NCBI GenBank assembly: GCA_000708835.1
Contig: DF237271.1
Span: forward strand, 1-64,000
DNA: 64,000 nt
Direction: 5' to 3'
Origin: Klebsormidium nitens
Lineage: Eukaryota > Plantae > Klebsormidiophyceae
The notes below the pieces were generated by a model. It made no database searches. It was not told the origin of the DNA and saw only the letters and a program-made list of their open reading frames with translations. A program made the translations under genes and the position numbers. Below are positions 52,101-64,000 of this stretch, piece by piece (within the stretch, counting starts at the first letter, position 1; every line of letters starts with the position of its first letter).

Positions 52101-55100
52101 GCATCTTGGCTTTCTGGCTTAAACTAAGGTCAGGACTGTTTTGGACGAAGAGGTCAAAGGCTGGCATTCCAAATGTCGTACCTCACGCTTGATTTTCTTT
52201 TGTTTTTACTTGGGCAGCTCTTAAGCGGCATGGGACATTTACTTGCACCTATGCAAGAGCGTTGCGAAGAGGCACCGTTGCAGGTAAAACTAAAGTTCCT
52301 GCCAGGTGGTTTGATTTTGACGAGATTGACATCTCCTTCTGATCAGGCACTCTGCCTCTCGTTGAGGGGAGGAGGAAGATACATGCAATCATCCCTGCCT
52401 CGTGTTCACCACTCAAGGAGGGGTCCTGGACAGCGAGACGAGAGAATCGTGTTGTGCTAGTTTGATAGCTTGGCTTTAAACACGCGCTTGGACTTCTCTG
52501 CCCCGTGCTCACTTTGCGCACGAGTCGGGCCGAATCTCGTAGTCACAAAACGTATGGGAGAATGGTCTGCTTTCGAATAACGGGCAGCCGGACGAGCCAC
52601 TCACCGCTTCCCCTGCGACCTGCCTGCAGCGTCGTAAGTAACACAGCGGATTCACTTTCGAAGCAGCACAACCTATCGTTTTATTGGTGGCAGATTATGA
52701 CAGCTACATGACAGCTTTTGTTTCCATTTTGCAGGCCTGAATCGGTGCGACCGGCGACGGAACCTCTCAGAGACGGCCAAGAACTTTCCGGGCGTGGACT
52801 TCAGCCTGATCGAGCACGAGAATGACGTCATGTGGGACCTGAAGCACGACGAGGCCGTGAGCGCGGGCGCCGTCGGCAGCCGGTACTTCATCGGAGAGAA
52901 GGGTGACGCGGTTGCGGAGCGGGGGATGAACTTCTTGAAGTGGGTTATGGACAGGTAAGGCGCCGATTCGTGAACAGCCGAGACACAACTTCCTGACTCT
53001 GTTGATAGTAGACGGTATTACGATCGGTTTGCTCTTCTTAATAAGTTCAGGGTCAGCTTTCTACAAGGATTGGCGGTTGGTGAGACGCTGTCTTGAAAGG
53101 TGTTGGACGCTTTCCGCTTGGGCCCAGAGGAATTGGATATCCTATCCAAAAGGTCGTAAAGAAGCAGAAGAGCCACCCATGTACTTGATGGGTTCCCAGT
53201 CCGACAAGCACCTGGCAGGTCAATTCTCAAGTCGGCCTCATATTTCCTGCCGCTAAGCTAGCTTTCCCAGGCCGGAAGAGCTCCCAGACATGGGGCATCG
53301 ACTGCTGCGGGTTCTTGTATGAAGCGCCCAAGTGTTTCTTGCTGACTTTTGGCCCACCCTGCGAACTGAAATGTTTTAGCCCGACCGCCAACGGATGCCT
53401 CTTTCACCTACTTCGTTCAGGCAGGGATAGCACTGGGGCGCAAAATCCGACTGTGCGGTCGTTCACAAACGAGAACATCGAGTGCATCCTCACCCGAGAG
53501 TCAAATCACGACTGCTAATCTTCGACTATGAACGACTTTTTACGCACAGACCAGAGACCGGGGCTTTGTGTTCTTCGCTTTATCATGAGAAGCTCGACGC
53601 TGCATCCTGACTCTGACTCCCTACACCCGCCAGCAAAGCCCCGTCTCTCAACCCACTTCTTGCGGGCCAGAGAAGTACTTTGACGTGGTTCCGATACCCA
53701 TCCTGCACCAGACTTTCATGGGTCACTTCCAGCCTTTTTCTAGACCCTGACGACCAACCGTTTCCCATCCAGTTCAAACACCCTTAAACCTCATACTCAA
53801 GTCAAAAGTCGGACTAGAAACACTTTGGCCGCCACGAACGGAAACAGACTGGCCGGTCTTATTTCGGTTCTGGAACGTTCCTCGACTCGATGCCGCAACA
53901 TCAGCAGTAGCGATAACTGCGTCGAAAGTATGGCCCTTATCAGAGTCAACGCTCTGTGGCAAACTGGCAGTCACATCCCCCCTGCTTAACGCATCTGCGC
54001 CTGCTAAACCCTAGATTCAACCCGCTTTTTGCATGCAGGCCGGAGAAGTACCTGGGCGTGGTTTCTCACTGCGCGTTCCTGCACGAGACATTTACCCGTG
54101 ACTTCTTAAGTCTTCCTTCGAACCCCGACAACCGACCAACCCTCATCTCTGATTCAAAAGTCCTAAATACGACCGCTAAACCCTGTTTTTAATCCGCTTC
54201 TCGCAGGCCGGAGAAGCACCTGGGCGTGGTCTCCCACTGCGCATTCCTGCACGAGACGCTGCAAGCGGCGGCCAAGGACAGCCCGCCGGAACTCGCGCAG
54301 GCGCTCTCGCGCGACTTCCGCAACTGCGAGATGCGCTCCGTGGTCTTTGACAAGGACGGCAAGCCGGTGGAGATCCTGAAGGACACCTACTACGCGGGAG
54401 GTGAGCGTGGAACCGGGAACTTTAACGGAATCTGTGTATATGGGGTCCTCGGTTTGAGAGGTTACGGATTTAGGTCAATGTGAATTTCTCATCGCAAGTC
54501 AGTAGAAAACTCAAAAGCAGAGGTTACGGATTTGGGTCAATGTGAAATTTCTCATCGCAAGTCAGTAGAAAACTCCAAAGCAAGGTACGCATTCCTTATT
54601 AAAGTTTTCTTTGGGAAGTAGCAAGGTGAAATGCTTTGGGAAATACTGGTGAATCTATTCCTTCTTCGCATAAGTCATGCTCAATCAGTTAGGCAGGGCA
54701 TGTAGAGGTTTGTGTGGTTTTAAAGATTGTCTGTCTACTTTGACGCACTGAATTGCACGAGGAGTCGCCCAATGCCAAGGGGCAGTACCGTCCCCACAAC
54801 CAGCGGTTGAGGATCTATTTTCCAAATCCTTCTTATGATTACTCTATTGAAACCAGCAGTAGGTAATCATTCACATGCGAGACCCAAGTATCTTACAAGC
54901 GGGAATGGGAGGCAACCGAAACCAAAGGAGCTCGGGCATTGGAATCTTGTAGAGCTCTCATTCTCGTTTCACGGCCTTGACCCGTTGGACGTCCGGTTGT
55001 AAAGCTTCGTAACTTGTCCTTGGCATGCAGGTGCTCCCCGGTACTACCTGTTCCCCCTCAACTGGGGAAAGCAAGCTGTGGGGTCCTTGGTTGGAGAAGT

Positions 55101-55122
55101 CAAAAAGAGAGTCCCGTGGTAG
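49114..55122 (+). CDS. Histidine phosphatase / phosphoglycerate mutase-like protein with organellar bipartite presequence (about 7 exons)
   Basis: VHFVRHGEGYHN (RHG motif), VIVSPLFRTLETA, EQCRERMS|GLNRCDRRR, VVSHCAFL (second His), terminal exon GAPRYYLFPLNW...VPW*. GT-AG junctions are phase-consistent. Confidence 0.9.
50720..50789. repeat. 35-bp tandem duplication in a PGM-gene intron
   Basis: tctcgtcttcccacgttacgtgttcaatagaagca followed by tctcgtcttcccacgttacaagttcaatagaagca. Confidence 0.9.
53661..54260 (+). repeat. Tandem copies of the PGM-gene exon acceptor plus exon start
   Basis: gcgg|gccagagaagtactttgacgtgg (53666), gcag|gccggagaagtacctgggcgtgg (54039), gcag|gccggagaagcacctgggcgtgg (54207, functional). 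A weaker copy may lie at 53271. Confidence 0.85.
54457..54582. repeat. ~62-bp tandem duplication in a PGM-gene intron
   Basis: agaggttacggattt(a/g)ggtcaatgtgaa(a)tttctcatcgcaagtcagtagaaaactc(a/c)aaagca x2. Confidence 0.9.
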
Positions 55123-55965
55123 TTTCACATCAGGACTTGGCAATGTTAAGAAAGGTCATTTGTTATTCTTTGTACCAATTTGTGTACAGCACGCGAAGCT
55201 GAAGTTGGGCTCAGACCAGTCGAGTACATGCATTGATTGAGATGGACAAGCAGTGATGGTCTGTCTTCTGGCGCGCAATTGGATACGTGGAGCGCGAGAG
55301 CAATCAACGTACGTAGCTTCCGACCCAGGAAAATCATTCGAAGTTGGGTATCCGTCACATATACATTACTAAGGATCTGGTGCGCGGTTGTCAACCCGGA
55401 CTCATCGAGCTGTCGCCATTGCATGCGGAAATTGGTTTCTTGCAAAAAAGCTTAATACGCGCGTGCAGATCTGGCGTACATGTAACATAATTTCTGGATA
55501 TCCACACAGCCCGCGTGTAATCACGATTTCCACTGAATACCGTATCCGATGCCATTATTACCATTTAACAATCTGAGCGCATCTAACATTGATACTTCCG
55601 GCTGGCGCGCCCGGCCATATATGTATTCCCAGCTTGCATACTATATACTTGCAACATTCGATAGGTGGTCAAATTAACAAGAAGTGAATGTATGTAAGCT
55701 ACAGTGACTGAGTGTAGGGGTCGCATAGCTGGTGCGGCCGATCGATCGAACAGAATTGAGGACAGGCCCTTATTCGATTAGCATATGAGGTCCTCATGCC
55801 GCACATTAACTATTACGAACTCATGGCTGCTAGCAATCATAGAGGGCAAAATAGATCCCCTCCAGTTGCAATAGGCGCTAAAGCTTTGTTGCATTTTTCA
55901 ATGTAGTCGGGCATTGGTTGGGCGACAGTAATGCTACAATCGCAATGGTCCCTCCCTAAGTTTGT

Positions 55966-58900
55966 TCACGCTCGACTTAGCTTGACCTTGACAGTGACCT
56001 CTCCAGTGCACGTCTTGTAGCAAGATGACTTCACTTCATCCCAAGACATTCCAAACAAGTCACCATACCCTAACGAACTATCATCTGCTTGTGACAATTC
56101 CCAACAGGATTCGGACTTCTTCAAAAGCGCCCACCAACCGCTCCGCCAGCTGCGTGCATAAAAGGCGACGTTGACCCTATCGGCCCGTTGCGCAGAGGGC
56201 GCACCTCGTCGACCGGAACAATACAGGTGCACCCCGACAGTGGCTGGTTGTTTGTCTCCACGCACCTTCAACTTGATCCACCAATATCTTTCTGCCCACT
56301 GCACAACGCGACTCGCTTCTGGATTACCAATGTCCGCCAGTCTCACCGTGAGCATGACCTCAATGTTTGATTCCGCAATGCCCCTCCGTTCGTGGAAGCG
56401 CCTCGTCGCGGACGCCCGCAGCTTTTCCTCATCAGACCACGTTCGGAAGGACAACGCTTCTCGCACCAATGCTTCGACCTCGACTGATCGCATTTCCGGC
56501 ATTCCAAGGACGTCCCTTTCTAAGAACTCCCCCCGCATGCGCCCAAAGCGTATGCTCGGCGCCAGGCTCCTCATCACATCCTGCTTTGACGCCGGTTCGT
56601 CGACATTGCTGGAGAGCCACGTCATCACGGCCCGGAACACTTGTTCCTCGTCTGCCGCCTCTAGTTCTTCCGACTCCAGAAGCAGCTCCACCGCCTTCTG
56701 ATTCAATGCCAGAAACTCGGAGCAAGACGCCCAGTCGAACACTCTCTTAAAGCGCCCTACGAGGATCTTGCGGGCATTGTTGATCAGCTCCCCAAACTCC
56801 TCCCTGCTGGAAAGAATGGCATCGGGGATTGCCAGGATGACCTCAGCAACGGCAAAGTTGTCCAAGCGTTGCCGAAGAACTAGGTTGATGCTGGTCAGCA
56901 GGGAGCCGACTCCAAACTTGTCACCGGCCAGAACTAGGTCGACGAGCCAACTGACGGGTGTGGCGGGATCGAGCAGCCAGTCTGAGAGGCGCCCGGCGTA
57001 GATGAAGCGAAGCATCTCCAGAAAGGCTGCTTTCTCTGCGCCCACCCGTGAGAGAAACATATGTTAGTGAGTTCAAACCAACGCTGTAAGAGGTCATTCT
57101 GAATGGAAGTCCTTTCTCGTGGAGCCAGCAGACGGGAATGACCAGCCTTTGAGAGACTTCGATCAACCACGGTCGGCTCTATGTAACAATAACCATCGCA
57201 ATGAGTCCAAGGCCTCTCAACTTGTAGACGACGCGGCCCTTGATGATTATTTACTGCTCGAGCGAGGAAACACGGACTGTAAAGTTAGGGAGCGTCCAGC
57301 CTCCCTTCCACATGCTGCGCTTTGATTGCGTCTAGTTCCTGCTATCATCCCTTGTCCAGCGTTTGCAAGTCCTGTTTCGCCTGTTTCACATGGAAATCTG
57401 TATTTGGCTCAGAAGTCTTGAAGAAACGCGGTGACATGGACGAACAGTATCAGAAGGATCCTAAGAAACACTTGAAGGGTGACGCAATTCGTAAGACGAA
57501 GTCCTATCAAGAACCCTCTAAGGCAATCAGCTGCAAGTGCCATCCTGGTTAAATCATCCAGTAAGCTCCGCCACTTTCAAACGAAAGCAGATAATAACAG
57601 GAGCTCCTGTCCTTTGTAGAGTTCAATGGTCCTACTCTTGGAAGCAAACACCTCGTCTTGACAGGTGATGAGGCAGGGCACACCACGCACCTCGCTGAGT
57701 AACCTTCAAAACAATCGGGGCGTCCCGCTGCGACTCCTTCATCCTGGACAGCATCATGGTCCTCAGCACGTCGCTCTTCGCCGCAACAACAGCCGCGCTG
57801 ATCGGAACCTCCTCTGCCTCGTCCTCTCCGTGAGTGCTCTCCCTCGCATCGCCCTCAGCCATACAGATCATCGCTTCTCTCAACGGACTCCTGTGCTTTT
57901 CCATCTCCTCTTCTGAAAGGCCTCTCGCGCCGCTTTCTCCAGCCTTTGCACTCTCTTGGGGATCTTCTTGGCCCTCGAGCAAACCCTCCCCATGGGACTC
58001 CTCTGCGGCTGGATCATTTTGAGACTTACTTGCACCCGCTCTGTCATCGCCGTCCGAAGCAGGGCTTGCAGATCCTGACTGTCCTGCAGAGCCTGCCCCT
58101 TCCAGATCTCTCGGCCGCTTCCTACCGGTGATCCTTTCGCCCGCATCTCCACAGTCCCCTATATTCACTTGCATTTTGAGACCGTTTGCCTCTCTCTTCC
58201 CAGTGCATGTTGCAGTGGCTGTGCAATGAACCGCCTGATTGACAACTGCAGCAAAGCAAAGCCAACATCTGAGCACAAAGGGTCGGAGTTGTTTTGTTCT
58301 TGTGCTTTGAGAGTGTGCCTCGAAAACTTGGTGAAGAACTGTGTTGTTGACGTGCGTCAGGTGAGTTAAAGTAAATCTCAATAAAGCTAATAGCCCTTGG
58401 GTACTGTCCTCAAGTCTGATTTTTCAGACTGGTGGTTGCTAAGTCTCACAGAAGACGCACTCAAAGCACTCCCCAAACTGATCCCATTCTCCTTAAGGCC
58501 TCTGTCAAATCTCCTTGGGTTTGACCTGTAAGCACAGGCCAGAAGGGCTGATGTTCCCCCTGGGCCACATAGCTATGGAATTGCAGCACTGAGTTCCAAG
58601 TTGCCACCATGTCACTGCTCATTTGGTGAAGAGGTTGCCTATGGTAGACCCAGGAACTAAAGAAGGCAATCAAACCGGCCTCTTAATGGTTGAAAGCAAG
58701 AGCAGTCTGAGATGTGATTACAGACCTGGCGAAGAAGTGTTGTCCTGAAGAATCTCCAGCCGGATGATCCGGTCACAGAACTCTTGCTGCCTGCAGGCAA
58801 AGCACAGGGCAATGCGTCTGTAATGTGAGATCCTTATGATGGGGAACTGAGAAAGGCTTCATCGGCCAGCTGATGAAGGCATCCCTCTCTGGAACTCAGC

Positions 58901-59301
58901 CAACATCTCAAAGATAGACCTCAGTTCTGTGTGATGCCAATTGTCAGTTGACAAACAAGCCCTTCAACTTTTGAAGCATGAAGAGTCTTGATGGAAGTTG
59001 GAACTTTGGGAAAAACTGAGCCTATCCGCTTCTTTGCTTGTCAAATCGTCTGCTCAAAGCTCCATGGAATGGCAGCTATAACATCAGTAAGATGTGCCTC
59101 TCTGTCTTTTCCCTAACCAATTATGCACACAGCTTCAATCAGGCAATGAGATCATAATGACATTGAGTTGAAAACACATGACGTTGATGAGAGCGAGGAG
59201 CTTCTGGTGCCTCACTTGTAAAAAGGAAGAAAGTCAAAGACCCGCGGGTCTTCACTGTCCCTTGGCTTGGAGCTGGAGGGACCTCCATCTGAGCTAGCCA
59301 T
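55966..59301 (-). CDS. BTB/POZ-BACK protein, POB1/LRB-like Cullin3 adaptor (4 exons)
   Basis: Exon 59216-59301 MASS...VFDFLPFYK| joined to QQEFCDRIIRLEIL (POB1-like FSDRxLRIEI). Then VPISAAVVAAKSDVLRTMMLSRMKES, AFLEMLRFIYAG, BACK-like FLALNQKAVELLLESEEL...EEQVFRAVMTW, and a beta-rich MATH-like C-terminus. Confidence 0.85.
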
Positions 59302-60072
59302 TTGCAGGTTGCTTCAGATGCCCGCGCACCCAACTGTCTGAAGGCAGCACAATGCAGTATCGATTATAGTGAGCCACAGCTCACCACACTCCCCTTCCTC
59401 TTTTCCCTTCTCCTCGATTGACTTTCACAATCGTGCAATAGCTTTCCCGAGGCTGCACATTGCAAGCTTGCTAGCTGCTTTCAGTTTTAATAACTTTTAG
59501 CTAGCTGTGGCTGTGTCCTAGACCTTTGCTACAGCCTACCGGTACTTTGAATCCCAGCTTTCGATCAGGCTCGTCTAGTTTCTGAAAACCTTCGTTTCGA
59601 GCCAATGAGAAGTGTTGCCGCAAGATCCTTTACCATTATCGGTATGCTTTAATGACGTCAGCTGCAACTTGATTGGCCTGTCTGCTCACGTGGTACATCT
59701 CAGATCCACATTCGCGCCAGAATTTTGTGTGTCAAAGTTGGACGAGTCACGGTCCTGGAATGCATGCAAAGCGCTTTGTCACATTGTAGTTGTAGGATAA
59801 ACATCAAGGTCGCTTGCCAGCAGTGTTTCAGCACAACCTTGACCTGTGCCCATTGGTTGCTCGGTGGCAGGGGACCTTGGGATCTGCTTTAAGTTTTGCA
59901 AGCCCAAGGGCAGAGCGCATGCGTTGTCCTGGTTCCAGATTGGCAGAACGTCTCCTAGGTGAAAGAAATGGTGGGCCAGGCTTCTGCAGTTACCCATCAG
60001 GTTGCTCCAAAGCTGGCCATGACACGATGTTGGACAGATGCCAGCTTTTCATCTTTAAAATTTGAGCGGAGG

Positions 60073-63000
60073 ATGCACGGAGTGCGGCATCAAGGACTGG
60101 GTGGCCACTTTGTGAATCACAATGCAAAGCACGGCCTGTATGATAGATCAATTGGGGTCCCGCCGGCTTTTGTGACTGGAGTCTTCCAGAAACACCAAGA
60201 CTTCAGGATAGAAGCAGCCAACTGGTTCCTGGCACTGCAACCTCCGTATACAGCTCAGTGTTTGTGTGCCAAGTCCTTGAGGAGGAAGAGGAAGACCACA
60301 CCATTCGGCATGCCTATTCATGAGGGCATGATCTGGGGCACTTCTGAACTTCGCAACTCCAGCAGGTTTCCATGTCACAGCCGAGCAGTGGTAGAGCGGT
60401 GGCCTAGGGAAATGCAGAGGCAAAAGTCTAGGGTTTTCGCGACCGGCGAGGACCCCGGGGGAAGTAGCAGCGAATCAGAGATCCCAGCCACGTCGGACGA
60501 GTTCCTTCGCAAAGTCTCGTCCGAATCGTACACCAATCTGAGCAAGCAAATGCAGGAGAAAGAGGAGGCGAGCTTTGAAGGTTTGCGGCTCTGCTTTCGC
60601 TAAAAGTTTTTGGTGGATTGACCATCCGTCCCTGTTCTTATCATCAGTTCCGTTTCATCTTGCCAAGTATCAAGGGTCCAAGCTCGAGTCTTGCATCTAC
60701 TTTCTCCAAGAGCCACATCTCCTCTTGTGCTTTGGCTCAAGTGAAAGGTAAGCGCTCATTAGGACAAGTTTGAAAAGGTTTCCGTGTCGGGCACCACCTT
60801 CAGGTGCTAAATGCGCCCATGCGTGACTTCCTCCAATTGTCATGACAATGTGGCCCTTGACTGCGCGTCATTTTGTTGGAAGGATTTGATCTGAGCATGT
60901 CAAAATCTCAGATAGACTTCCGATGGAAATGAGGGCAAGAATAGTAAGACGCACTCATTCTGATTGAAACCATACGCGACATTTTGGGACATCGCGCTGA
61001 GATCATCACTTTATCGGCAATGCCGCCACCATTTCATCTCACTGTTCTGGAAAACAAGAGGAAACCGCCATTGGATTCAAGAAGCACCTGAGTTATAATT
61101 CAACTTGATGTTCCTTACTTCGGCTTCTGAGGTCTGCCAAACATCAACTTCAACCAGGGGTTACCAACCAGGAGGGGTTGACAGTAAAGTTGTCTCTGTC
61201 AATGCACCCCTTTGCTACCGACTTTGTTGCAGACAGAAGTCCCTGCAGCAGAGTTCGAACTCAATGCTGGTCACATGGGTGTTGGTTTTCCAAGCGGAGT
61301 AAAGCCATTGAAAGATTGCCTTCATAGAAATTTTGCCTGGACTTTCTATTGAAAGTATGCAGAACACTTTTAACAAGCCCTGTGGACCAGATTGCCTTCT
61401 TTTCAATTCTGAAGCTTCACTGTCAGGGACCAACATTTCATCGGTGCATGTTCTGTGCAGTTCTGGAACGGGACCCCTGGGGCGAAGACAACAAAATGGT
61501 GTATGTACTGGCTCAGAAAGAAGAGTCCCTGTTTACTATGAAGGTTCGAAAAGATAGAAGGTGAGTTCAGCTTTCAGCTGGCTCCTGTAAGCATACAAAG
61601 GACGCTGTAGTGTCACTCACTGACCATGAACCTCCTATTTCCTTTGAGTACTTCAGCACCGGGTCAGGGGTTCCTGGAATTCGTTTGGACACAGAGAGGA
61701 AGTATTGAATGCCACGCCGTATGTTACCTATGCATCTACTTGGCATCTTTGAGTCAGCGGTGAAGGGGACCGTTCCTTCTTGGTTGCTCTGGGTCCTCTT
61801 GGGTGAGTCGAGAAATGTCATCAAGGGAGTACGGGTTGAGTCCGCATGACAGGTCCACTTGAGGGCTCTTGCAGATTTCCTTGTCCTTGAAGGCGTCTGA
61901 ATATCACCAACTTCGTGGGGTTCGTCATCTGACAAGGGCCTTCACATCTGGCGATTTGGTTCTTCACTCGAGCAGCTGGAAATGTCGGAATAGTCGGGGA
62001 TGTGGCTTCGTTCTCAAGCTGGTGACAGGCCTTCCTGCTCAATCTGCTCTATAAGGATCAGAGAGGGTTATCGGAGCATCCTGCCAAGGCAGTTCTGACA
62101 GGGTTTAGAATTGTGCTTTGTGATTCCAGAAGCAGACAAGTGTGCCAATGTCTGTATTGCTATGCCAAAGCTTGTCGAGAGGAATCTCTACTCATGAACG
62201 AATCCCCGCTCCGGCTCCACTCGACTTTTTCCGCTCTCCTTTACTTCTCTTCAACAATCAGACCGATAATAGCCTCCGGGGTTCAGGACTTGTAATGGGT
62301 GGCTTAATCTGCTGGTGCAGCGACGTGGAGAACGAGTTTACCACTCTGTTTCCGTCCATTGGAAGTCGGCAAAGATGGAAACGGCCGGAACCTGCAAAGC
62401 CTCCAGCGGGAGATGAGCAGGAGCCTACCGCCCGTTTTAGCATGCATGTTGACACAGTGAGCGAGGGCATACTGGTGAGCCGAAGACTTTTTTGGAGACA
62501 GGTCGCTGTCGAATGTAAACCTGTTTCCATTCTATTACGACTAGCCAAGGCAATTACGAGACCGAACTGCCGCAAGTGGTTGAGATCCGAGGAGACTCCG
62601 AATGTTTCACTGGAAGCATGGACAGGACTTGGGTACTGGGCTGTTATCGCTGTGTTTCCTCGTTTTGATTGTTGATATTGTCTCTGCTTATCAGCTTCAA
62701 GTCTGTTACGCAGTAACTCCAGGCATCTTTTCATGGAAATATGTGCGTTGAATACCCAACAGATCCATGTACGGGAGAATGCATTGGAATTGCCTCAATT
62801 GTATACCTCAAAGGTAGCTTGTTGAATGATTCTGATGTCATTTGGCAGCTAGCCAGATACTAAGTCGCGCGGCCTTCATCTTGATGCAGGTGTTTGAAGA
62901 CGAAGATGAGGCGACGCGGTTCTGCGGGTTGTTAGAAACGGACGGCCGCCAAGACCTCTCAGTCGTAGAAACGGATGCTCCTGGGTTGTTCTCCCTTTGC

Positions 63001-63108
63001 CAACGGTCAAAGGCTGTCGCTATCTTGTTCAGGCAGGGTGTTATGCCACCCCTTCCGGATAGGTTGCAAAGGGCTCTGCGTGCTCGAAAGTTCTCGTTGG
63101 ACGATTGA
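60073..63108 (+). CDS. Conserved plant uncharacterised protein with DUF3110-like C-terminus, probable plastid transit peptide
   Basis: Exons give DEFLRKVSSESY..., VLERDPWGEDNKMVYVL...KVRKDR|SDVENEF..., SEGIL|VFEDEDEATRFCGLLE...AVAILFRQGVMPPLP...RARKFSLDD*. VFEDEDEAxRxxxLL resembles cyanobacterial DUF3110 from recall. Start and internal exons uncertain. Confidence 0.6.
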
Positions 63109-64000
63109 GCCAATATTCAATTGCATGATTACTTTCTTACAAAGCCTGGCTATCAATCTTCTGCAAGTTTGGGACAGTAGCTTTTGTTCTGGGCCACAGA
63201 TTACGGGAATCATGCGTTGACCCAACTCCCTCCAAAAGATGTGCCTTGGAGAGGGGTACGTGATACAAGCATGCTAGTAGTTGTTTAACCTGTGACGCTT
63301 CGTTTCGTTCAACTTCTTAGATTGTTGACTTAGTCACAGGAGCTCCTTCAAGCCAGCAACAAGCCTAAGCAAATGTGCATGAATGCTCGTGGTCGATTCA
63401 CCGTGGTGCGGCTCCATATCTACTTTGACAGAGTTCCCATGCAGAGCTCATCGAAGGTGAAAAGTTGTCAAATCAAGAAGAATACGGGATGGTGGTAAAG
63501 TTTCATTTTCATGAATTCCGGGTCACGTCATGTGACATGTGCAAGCTTCAGCAGTAACAAGCGCCGTTTGCAATCAGTCGACTAGTAGCTATCCAAAGTG
63601 ATCCATATTGGATCATGAGATATCGCGAGGAGTGCCATGCAGAATTGCGCTCTTGGTATAGCATAGTTAACTAGCTCTACGTTGTCATGTAGTGGCTAGT
63701 AGTTGACCATGCTGTACCAAGACTCAGCGCCATTGCTTCATGATCTAGGTTAATCATTAATTAAGGTTTAAGTGAGATTACATGTCAAGCCTGTCAAGTT
63801 GCTGAGCTCTTCGAAGTGACCCCATTTCCGTACGTTATTGAGGTCCCATTGATGATTGAGGTATGTTCAGGCAAAGGATCAAGGGAGAATCGATATGGAA
63901 GGTTCTTGGTTTTAAAGCATCGCTGAAGTTCAGGTCGTGTCGTGCAGGCAAGTAATGATCGTGCAAGCATGCATATACCTAGCAACTTGTGCAACATGAT

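Noticed and set aside
56171-57001. Plus-strand ORFs opposite the BTB-BACK exon
   Set aside because: Antisense shadows.
1-64000. CRISPR arrays, rRNA, tRNA, integrase/transposase/RT genes, endogenous giant-virus block
   Set aside because: No repeat-spacer array, RNA-gene signature or mobile-element motif recognised; the OTU and kinases sit among ordinary intron-rich host genes, and the kinases are spliced.

Overview
Gene-dense, intron-rich eukaryotic nuclear DNA with GT-AG introns. The ORF track only catches exon fragments and antisense shadows, so I assembled genes by hand from splice sites and protein motifs. Gene content (XS domain, plant-type SMG8, POB1/LRB-like BTB-BACK, plastid-type targeting peptides) points to a streptophyte alga or early-diverging plant such as a Klebsormidium-like charophyte; this is inference. 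In order: a degenerate OTU deubiquitinase (-), head-to-head with a disrupted XS + coiled-coil + RING locus (+); bestrophin (-); SMG8 (+); DNMT2 (-); a 49-aa single-TM microprotein (-); three paralogous atypical non-RD protein kinases (A -, B +, C -) with matching exon structure and a MYND-finger pseudogene between B and C; a histidine phosphatase/PGM-family gene with a Tat-like lumen signal (+); a POB1/LRB-like BTB-BACK gene (-); and a conserved plant DUF3110-like gene (+). I recognised no CRISPR array, rRNA, tRNA or intact transposon. Most interesting: (1) the local family of three APE-less kinases with organelle-type N-termini; (2) decaying tandem copies of splice site plus exon edge sitting in introns beside the functional exon in at least four unrelated genes, often with 143-168 bp spacing; (3) the XS-RING fusion paired with an OTU; (4) a probable thylakoid-lumen histidine phosphatase.
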